Part shown: positions 14,775-20,000 of the stretch, one piece after another
Numbering within the stretch: position 1 is the stretch's first letter
Layout: every line of letters starts with the position of its first letter
Origin: an uncultured virus (IMG/VR IMGVR_UViG_3300020048_000099)
Lineage: Duplodnaviria > Heunggongvirae > Uroviricota > Caudoviricetes
Strand: one strand, 5' to 3'
Length of the DNA stretch: 20,000 nt
IMG/VR virus record: IMGVR_UViG_3300020048_000099
Made by a program: the position numbers and the translations under genes
Notes under the pieces: model-generated
The model's input: only the letters and a program-made list of their open reading frames with translations
Told to the model about the DNA's origin: nothing
The model's database searches: none

Positions 14775-16395
14775 TTTTAACTGTCCTATTCGAAAATAAA
14801 TTACTTGTTTTATTAAGAAGGTCAACAAACTTTGGATTTGGCATTATGACTCCTGTATACGGATTTAAACATACAAATGGATTAATATGATTGGTTGGAG
14901 TAGGATTACTTTTAGATAAGTATAAAACACTACCAGCTTCGATCATACTAACATCTACAAATTTATCTTCACCAACTTTTAACCTCTTAGTACTACCGCG
15001 TGTTCCACCAGGTAAACTTTCTTGTTCTGTGATCTTAGAGGTAACTTTAGGAAACTTATGATCACCACAATAAGTCACAGGTTCAGTAATTATTTTACCA
15101 GAAGTCAATGAGAATATAGCTCCAGGCTTTATATTCTTATTAAAAGCTTCAATAACATCTTTAACTATAAGTTGTTTCTTATTGGCTAATTTACTTAACT
15201 TAAAATTAACATTAAATATACCATAAGTAACTTCATATAACATATAGTAAAGAATTTCTAAGCTTTTACCATACATACTGGAAATTGTGTTCTCACTATT
15301 CAAAACCATATTGTTAAAGTTACCTAAAATATATGCAAGTAAATCATAAAAGTCTTCTATTCCATTTGTAGTTTCCTTAAGTTTTTCTAAAACAATACTA
15401 TCTACATAATCGTCTAGAGATGAAAAATGCTCCATCATGTTGTCGTACAGTTTATTCTCACCATACAAACCACTAAAAACTATATGACCTAATAGAATAG
15501 CCCATAAATTTGTACTATCTAAATACCCAGGTTTAAATCTATTAGGAAAATGATCTACTACATAAAAGAAACCGACTACTAAACCTTTAACTAAAGGAGT
15601 CCATTTATCTATAGGAATAACTAATTTAATAGTGGTAGGTTCGTAAAATTCACCTATATAAGTCTTAGGTTTAACTTTAGATGATTCCACTATCATCCAT
15701 TTATCTGGAGGGTATGTACTATCTAAAATATCATCAGTACCAACAATAGGTACAAATCCACAATACTTTTCAAATGTTTTTGTAAAACCATATTTAACAA
15801 ATAAGTAATGTGACAGACTTGTAGCAGCTTTTGTTGTTATAGGGACTTTTTTAGTGTCTCTAGGTTTTCGATGTATTTTACTCCAAATGACGTGAGAAGT
15901 TTCTCTAATATTATTAATAACAACAGCGTGATAACATCTCTTAAAGTTAATCTTATCTCTAAGTAACCTAACAAAAACACTGTCGTATCCTGGAGATATA
16001 ACTTTATCTGATAGTACTGGTGTTACTTGATAGAGAGCCCCACCTAAACTAAATAATCCACCTTCCCTAACAAATGGTAAGTGTATAAATCTAGGAGGCA
16101 ACTTAACACCTTCAAAACTAAAATAATACTTTAATGAATAAATATCAGATTTAGCTAAATCAAATATTCGTTTATTTGTTTTTATCTTTGTTACTTCTTC
16201 AAATTCTTCTTGAGGCGTGCAACGCTCATAACCTTCATAAACTAATCCAGGTGGAAAGCTTTTACTTGCAGAATGGAACACAGTATCTATATAAAATTCA
16301 GCATCTTTCATTCTGTAGAAAGCTAAACCATCAACAACTTCTTTGTTTAATTTAGGTGTATAAATTTCGCACATTTTTGAAAATAAGTTGTTCAT
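14767..16395 (-). CDS. Non-virion RNA polymerase beta-like subunit (N-terminal part, phiKZ gp123-like)
   Basis: 542 aa. Motifs L.YEGYERCTP.EEF, FDLA.SD.Y..KY.F.F.G, LPF...GG...L.G..Y...PV.SD.VIS, VF.RL.RDK..F.R and S..EAGS.L...KSNP.P...INPF, and the length, match my recollection of the phiKZ nvRNAP gp123 family. Confidence 0.85.
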   Translation of the reverse strand: MNNLFSKMCEIYTPKLNKEVVDGLAFYRMKDAEFYIDTVFHSASKSFPPGLVYEGYERCTPQEEFEEVTKIKTNKRIFDLAKSDIYSLKYYFSFEGVKLPPRFIHLPFVREGGLFSLGGALYQVTPVLSDKVISPGYDSVFVRLLRDKINFKRCYHAVVINNIRETSHVIWSKIHRKPRDTKKVPITTKAATSLSHYLFVKYGFTKTFEKYCGFVPIVGTDDILDSTYPPDKWMIVESSKVKPKTYIGEFYEPTTIKLVIPIDKWTPLVKGLVVGFFYVVDHFPNRFKPGYLDSTNLWAILLGHIVFSGLYGENKLYDNMMEHFSSLDDYVDSIVLEKLKETTNGIEDFYDLLAYILGNFNNMVLNSENTISSMYGKSLEILYYMLYEVTYGIFNVNFKLSKLANKKQLIVKDVIEAFNKNIKPGAIFSLTSGKIITEPVTYCGDHKFPKVTSKITEQESLPGGTRGSTKRLKVGEDKFVDVSMIEAGSVLYLSKSNPTPTNHINPFVCLNPYTGVIMPNPKFVDLLNKTSNLFSNRTVKND

Positions 16396-16403
16396 ATCAA
16401 TTC

Positions 16404-17684
16404 CTAGGTTGATTTCTTATAAATAGCAAATGCACTTAATCCAGTAGCTAATATAATACCTGCTATTTTGAGTATTTCACTAAAATCCTTTCTATTGTGA
16501 GATTTAGTTTCAAAATTATCAGATCTTTGTGCTTTTACATGGTCTAATGTATCTTTAAGTAAACTATTAACAGCTTTTTGTTGATTAAGCTCAAATTCAA
16601 TAGCAGCTAATTTACTTTCATATATAAACTTAGCTTGCTCGTATTCAGATTTAGTTTTCTCTAAGATATGTTGTCTTTCATTTCTATCTTTATCTAATTC
16701 CTCTTTAAGTTTAGAGTTAGTGGCTTTTTGTTGCTCCAACATTAGTTCAGCATCAGTTAACTTATTCCTTACAGCCAATTGTTCTGTTTCAAATTTCATT
16801 TTTGTTTTTTCATAAAGTTGTTTAGCTTCATTCAACTCTATTTTATATTTGCTTTCTTCTATTCTAGAAAGGATATCTGGATTACCTCCAGATATAGCTT
16901 CTTCCTTTGTCTTAAAAAGTCCAAGTACAGTTTCAGCTTCATCTATGGTACAATACTCAGGTACTATAGTAGCATTGTCTAAAGAATCAAAATTGACAGT
17001 AGTAAAATAAACTCCAGAATTTTTGTTCATATCCACTAAAACAGGTACTTCAATTAAGTGTTTAGCTATATAACAATATCTGTTTTTTACAGTACGATCA
17101 TTATCTATAAGTTCCATGAAAATACCAGAGACTTTATTCTCAATAATAAATTCTTCGTGATTTGATCTAGCTAACCCTTCTTGACTATAAGGATGTACAT
17201 GTTCAAATAAAGAAGAACTATCCATTACTAAAAAATCACAATCCGTTAAATAAACACTACCAAATTCTTTAATAGTTTTAGAAGGTATTTCTTTATCTAT
17301 ACCTATAGTAATGAACGATAAATTTTTATCACGATCAAAAGATAATAATAATCCTTTTAACAATAACTCTAAATCTTCTTGAACTATTTTATATTTTTCT
17401 TTATAAGCTTGGATTGCGTTAATGGTACTAACTATACGACTTTTACTATTAAAATGATATAATGTTCTAATAATAAAATTGCCATAGCCAGTAAAGACAT
17501 TATTACTTCCTCCGGTTCCTTTGTTAATTATAATAGGTAAATTGTTTCTACCTAGTACTGCTATATCAATATTACTATTATTAATAAAAAGTTGCACTAT
17601 TTTAAAATCAATAGTATTTTCCTTAGTATTAGTTTCATATACTAAACTTGCTTTACCTTTAACGTATTCTATTCTATTAGTCAT
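16404..17684 (-). CDS. Conserved-type jumbo phage protein with long coiled coil and C-terminal membrane anchor
   Basis: The ORF track starts at 17699, but ATG 17684 has SD AAAGGA. Globular N-terminal region, E/K/Q-rich heptad region of ~120 aa, and terminal hydrophobic helix ILKIAGIILATGLSAFAIY followed by KK. Confidence 0.8.
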   Translation of the reverse strand: MTNRIEYVKGKASLVYETNTKENTIDFKIVQLFINNSNIDIAVLGRNNLPIIINKGTGGSNNVFTGYGNFIIRTLYHFNSKSRIVSTINAIQAYKEKYKIVQEDLELLLKGLLLSFDRDKNLSFITIGIDKEIPSKTIKEFGSVYLTDCDFLVMDSSSLFEHVHPYSQEGLARSNHEEFIIENKVSGIFMELIDNDRTVKNRYCYIAKHLIEVPVLVDMNKNSGVYFTTVNFDSLDNATIVPEYCTIDEAETVLGLFKTKEEAISGGNPDILSRIEESKYKIELNEAKQLYEKTKMKFETEQLAVRNKLTDAELMLEQQKATNSKLKEELDKDRNERQHILEKTKSEYEQAKFIYESKLAAIEFELNQQKAVNSLLKDTLDHVKAQRSDNFETKSHNRKDFSEILKIAGIILATGLSAFAIYKKST

Positions 17685-17717
17685 AATAGATCCTTTCATT
17701 GTTAGTAAAAACCACTA

Positions 17718-17734
17718 TCAATTAAAGTATATAT
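17718..17734 (-). promoter_or_regulatory. Candidate phage-RNAP promoter motif ATATATACTTTAnnTGA (copy 1)
   Basis: 15/17 identical to 18956-18972, same orientation, intergenic, ~35 nt upstream of the operon that includes the nvRNAP subunit. Confidence 0.55.
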
Positions 17735-17812
17735 TGCTATAATAATATAGAAATTAAAGCTTAAAACATATCTAGATTAGACGATTATTAATTAGGTATA
17801 GGGTATGTAGTC

Positions 17813-17856
17813 TTATACGTCACAGAAGCCAGCATAGTGGCTTCTGTGACGTATAA
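17813..17856. terminator. Long perfect hairpin (terminator or processing site) downstream of the 201-aa gene
   Basis: 19-bp perfect inverted repeat TTATACGTCACAGAAGCCA (17813-17831) / TGGCTTCTGTGACGTATAA (17838-17856), 6-nt loop. No clear U-tract on the minus strand. Confidence 0.6.
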
Positions 17857-17871
17857 TTGTTATAATAGTAA

Positions 17872-18477
17872 CTAGGCTGTTTTTAATTGATCCTGTTTAA
17901 TTTGGTTTAAAATATTTGCTAAATCTGCTCTAGGTATATTAACATTACCATTGATCTTTACATTTCTTAATAATTCTTCCTGCTCTTCTGTTAATGCTTC
18001 ATCATAAACTACATCAGATTTACCTTCAATAGAACCATCGTTATTGATAATAACTGGTTCAACTTTTTCTACTTCCTTAACTGTATTTGGTTCAACTTCA
18101 GTTAATGGATCATCAAGTTCTTCATTTGTTTTAGCTTTATATCCGCTATCTGGAAATAGATAAGGAACTAAAGTAGTTAAAGTTTCTTCATTACGAATTA
18201 GAAATTCTTTAATACTTTTAGCATGAAACTCTTTATACGAACATTTACAAATTAAAGTAATACATCCATTCTCTAAACCTGTCTTATGAATAAACGCTAA
18301 ATATCTAAATAGTCCAGTAGTTGTATCTTTAATAGAGTTTTCTAAATAATCATCATACCGTTTTTTCTTATTACCTATACCTAAACTAACAATAGAAGGG
18401 ATAGCGGTAATATTTGGTTTATCAATATGAAACTCTATTGTACATTTAGGATTATTACTGGTATAAATTTCATACAT
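17872..18477 (-). CDS. Hypothetical protein, possible degenerate DUF4326-like Cys/His motif and acidic linker
   Basis: 201 aa, SD AAGGA. LICKC....FHA..I.EFL loosely resembles the L.C.C.P..CH motif. The C-terminal half is E/D/V-rich. Confidence 0.7.
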   Translation of the reverse strand: MYEIYTSNNPKCTIEFHIDKPNITAIPSIVSLGIGNKKKRYDDYLENSIKDTTTGLFRYLAFIHKTGLENGCITLICKCSYKEFHAKSIKEFLIRNEETLTTLVPYLFPDSGYKAKTNEELDDPLTEVEPNTVKEVEKVEPVIINNDGSIEGKSDVVYDEALTEEQEELLRNVKINGNVNIPRADLANILNQIKQDQLKTA

Positions 18478-18510
18478 TTTATTTCCTTAAAAATAATTAG
18501 TTGGCTATAT

Positions 18511-18528
18511 TATTACATATGTAATATA
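18511..18528 (-). promoter_or_regulatory. TATATTAC phiKZ-type early promoter element within a perfect 16-bp palindrome
   Basis: GTAATATA at 18521-18528 reads TATATTAC on the minus strand. TATTACATATGTAATA (18511-18526) is self-complementary. About 35-50 nt upstream of the 18477 start. Confidence 0.5.
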
Positions 18529-18577
18529 TTTTTTTCACTATAGGATTGTAGTGACCATATCATTATAGGTGAGATAG

Positions 18578-18618
18578 AAAAAAAAAATACTGGCGGCAGT
18601 TATTAGGCTGCCGCCAGT
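18578..18618 (-). terminator. Intrinsic terminator
   Basis: GC-rich 11-bp stem ACTGGCGGCAG (18589-18599) / CTGCCGCCAGT (18608-18618) with an A10 run at 18578-18587 (minus-strand U-tract), directly after the stop at 18622. Confidence 0.92.
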
Positions 18619-18621
18619 CTC

Positions 18622-18912
18622 CTAAAGAAATATCTGAGCCGCTCCAGGGCTCACTAGCAACTTCTTTAGGGTAATATCGGATCCCGCCTTGAACCCAACA
18701 GGCGGGACCACATCATAGAATTTGCCAGGCTTTTCTTCTACCTGGCAAACTCCCCTGAAAGTCCCGATTAACAGGACCCTCAGACCGCTGGGGGATCTTA
18801 TCCCCAGTACCATCCCTGGCGGTACTTCTGTACCGCCAGGGCGAAACGCTGCATTGCGGTCGTAACCGGCCGCAAAGAACGTTTCAAACAACCCATGTGT
18901 GCAATTAGCCAT
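18622..18912 (-). CDS. Small hypothetical protein (96 aa), GC-rich, probable early gene
   Basis: Strong SD AGGAGGT before ATG, with its own promoter-like motif and terminator. About 50-55% GC by partial hand count. Confidence 0.85.
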   Translation of the reverse strand: MANCTHGLFETFFAAGYDRNAAFRPGGTEVPPGMVLGIRSPSGLRVLLIGTFRGVCQVEEKPGKFYDVVPPVGFKAGSDITLKKLLVSPGAAQIFL

Positions 18913-18955
18913 CTTGCACCTCCTATAAAAAACGATATTACAATATGCAATATCT

Positions 18956-18972
18956 TCAGCTAAAGTATATAT
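18956..18972 (-). promoter_or_regulatory. Candidate phage-RNAP promoter motif ATATATACTTTAnnTGA (copy 2)
   Basis: The minus strand reads AAAAAATTTCAGTCATATATACTTTAGCTGA, placed between a terminator and the 96-aa gene. Near-identical copy at 17718-17734. Confidence 0.6.
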
Positions 18973-18999
18973 GACTGAAATTTTTTATATGCGGGAGTG

Positions 19000-19042
19000 A
19001 AAAAAAAAACAATACCCAGGGTTGATAGCCCCGGGTATTGTT
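19000..19042 (-). terminator. Intrinsic terminator
   Basis: Minus strand AACAATACCCGGGG-CTATCAA-CCCTGGGTATTGTT (14-bp stem with one G.U pair) followed by a U-run (A10 at 19000-19009 on +), just after the stop at 19049. Confidence 0.9.
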
Positions 19043-19048
19043 CAACTA

Positions 19049-19471
19049 TCAATCATCATCATCCTCATCCTCTTCTTCTCCCCAGTCTTGCTCGCGATCT
19101 CTTCTATCACGAGCAAGACGTGTTAAGTGAGCATTCTTTTTGCGACACTCGCCGCAAACAGGGAGCTCTTCATCTCCCTGAGCCGCATAGAAGTCATACC
19201 ACTTCCATAAAATACCACCACTTGCGAGGGTGAAATCACCATTGCAATCGTTGCAAGTGTGAACTTCCTCCTCAATTTGGTTCTGCTGCGCTTCGTAGCA
19301 ATCTTCGCAGAGGCAATAACCTTCACTACCGAATGAGTCGTTTTCCCTCCACACCGCGAACATTACTAATGGATTTTCAGACACGTGATCGCAGCAATCG
19401 TTCTCAGCTGCAAGAACGGCTTTCTTTTCTGGTGTTGCTCCAGTTACAAAACTTGCAGTAAACCAGTTCAT
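19049..19471 (-). CDS. Cys-rich putative zinc-finger protein (~140 aa) with acidic C-terminus
   Basis: Motifs CCDH, CLCEDC, CNDC and CGEC could bind two Zn ions. Tail EEEDEDDDD. The most likely start is ATG 19471 (GGAG SD), not 19513 as in the ORF track. Confidence 0.8.
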   Translation of the reverse strand: MNWFTASFVTGATPEKKAVLAAENDCCDHVSENPLVMFAVWRENDSFGSEGYCLCEDCYEAQQNQIEEEVHTCNDCNGDFTLASGGILWKWYDFYAAQGDEELPVCGECRKKNAHLTRLARDRRDREQDWGEEEDEDDDD

Positions 19472-19559
19472 GTTAAACTCCATACCCCAGATAGAACCCC
19501 GAGGAGCAGGCATATGGCCAAAGTTGGCCTAATGTATAAACTACATTAACTAAACTATA

Positions 19560-20000
19560 TTAAGTACGTTGTACCAGTTGAGAGTATTCATCTAAACTAA
19601 TTCTCCTATAATTGAATAAAGCTAAATTGTTCAACCTATTTAACATAGTAGCGTAGCTTATTCCAGTTTTTCTTGATGCTTCCATTATACTTCTATATGG
19701 TACATCGTTTACTAACACTGGTTGTGCATTTGCATTTGCACTGTTTTTAAAAGCTGTTTCAGTAAGAACTCTATGCTTCGCTGAAAATGACATCTTTTCT
19801 TTAGTTTCTTTAGTGAAAATTCTATTTTTAGCTATTTCAGCTAATTTATTTTTAACCTCTAAACTAGCTATTCTACCTTTGATTGCTTCTGAAATTTTCT
19901 TTTTAGTTTCTTCAGAGTGTTTTTTACCAGTTCTATATTGCGACATTTTTGCCCTGGTTTCTAAACTAATAATCCTACCTTTAGCTGCTTCAGACATCTT
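19560..20000 (-). mobile_element. 3' part of a homing endonuclease gene (NUMOD3 repeats plus C-terminal NUMOD1/HTH DNA-binding domain); nuclease domain outside the window
   Basis: Repeats such as GKKHSEETKKKISEAIKG, GRIISLETRAKMS and FTKETKEKMS, then V.VNDVPYRSIMEASRKTGISYATMLNRL. The frame is open to the window edge (AAG before the listed ATG). Confidence 0.8.

Noticed and set aside
14767..16395. Labelling this gene as cellular rpoB
   Set aside because: At 542 aa it is far too short and divergent, with no ribosomal-protein or rpoC context. It fits a split phage RNAP subunit.
11616..17742. Plus-strand ORFs 11616..11834, 12932..13150, 13663..13932, 16779..16982, 17521..17742 and minus-strand 14363..14578
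   Set aside because: Shadow or out-of-frame ORFs overlapping stronger genes. The LLWILR-repeat ORF at 13663 is the antisense reading of the QYPQQ repeat.
18997..19326. ORFs 18997..19233 (+) and 19123..19326 (-)
   Set aside because: They overlap the Zn-finger gene and its terminator in other frames and have no convincing RBS; higher GC makes spurious ORFs more likely.
1..20000. Stop-codon reassignment (alternative genetic code)
   Set aside because: The standard code gives long intact ORFs covering nearly the whole window, and TAA, TAG and TGA all end plausible genes.

Overview
AT-rich (roughly 28-30% GC by eye), gene-dense segment of a phiKZ-like jumbo phage (Chimalliviridae type, probably nucleus-forming). 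The two-component spanin points to a Gram-negative host. Core genes, recognised by size, motifs and synteny rather than a database search: a split non-virion RNA polymerase beta-type subunit (phiKZ gp123-like), a 907-aa portal-like protein (gp129-like), two structural proteins (gp128/gp127-like), a RuvC-like resolvase and an i-/o-spanin pair. Accessory material: (i) two convergent FG-GAP (integrin-alpha-like) beta-propeller genes; (ii) an island of small nucleotide-handling genes (NDT-like protein, dCMP deaminase, Gp49/Sf6-gp66 [Acb4-like sponge] protein) plus a tandem gene+hairpin duplication of an unknown ~85-aa protein, a candidate anti-defence/nucleotide module; (iii) a 635-aa protein with a QYPQQ prion-like insert bracketed by two in-frame internal RBS+start sites; (iv) a GC-rich pair of small, separately terminated genes; and (v) the 3' part of a NUMOD3 homing endonuclease gene at the right edge. 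Several intrinsic terminator hairpins and a repeated candidate phage promoter motif are visible. No tRNA, rRNA or CRISPR array was found.
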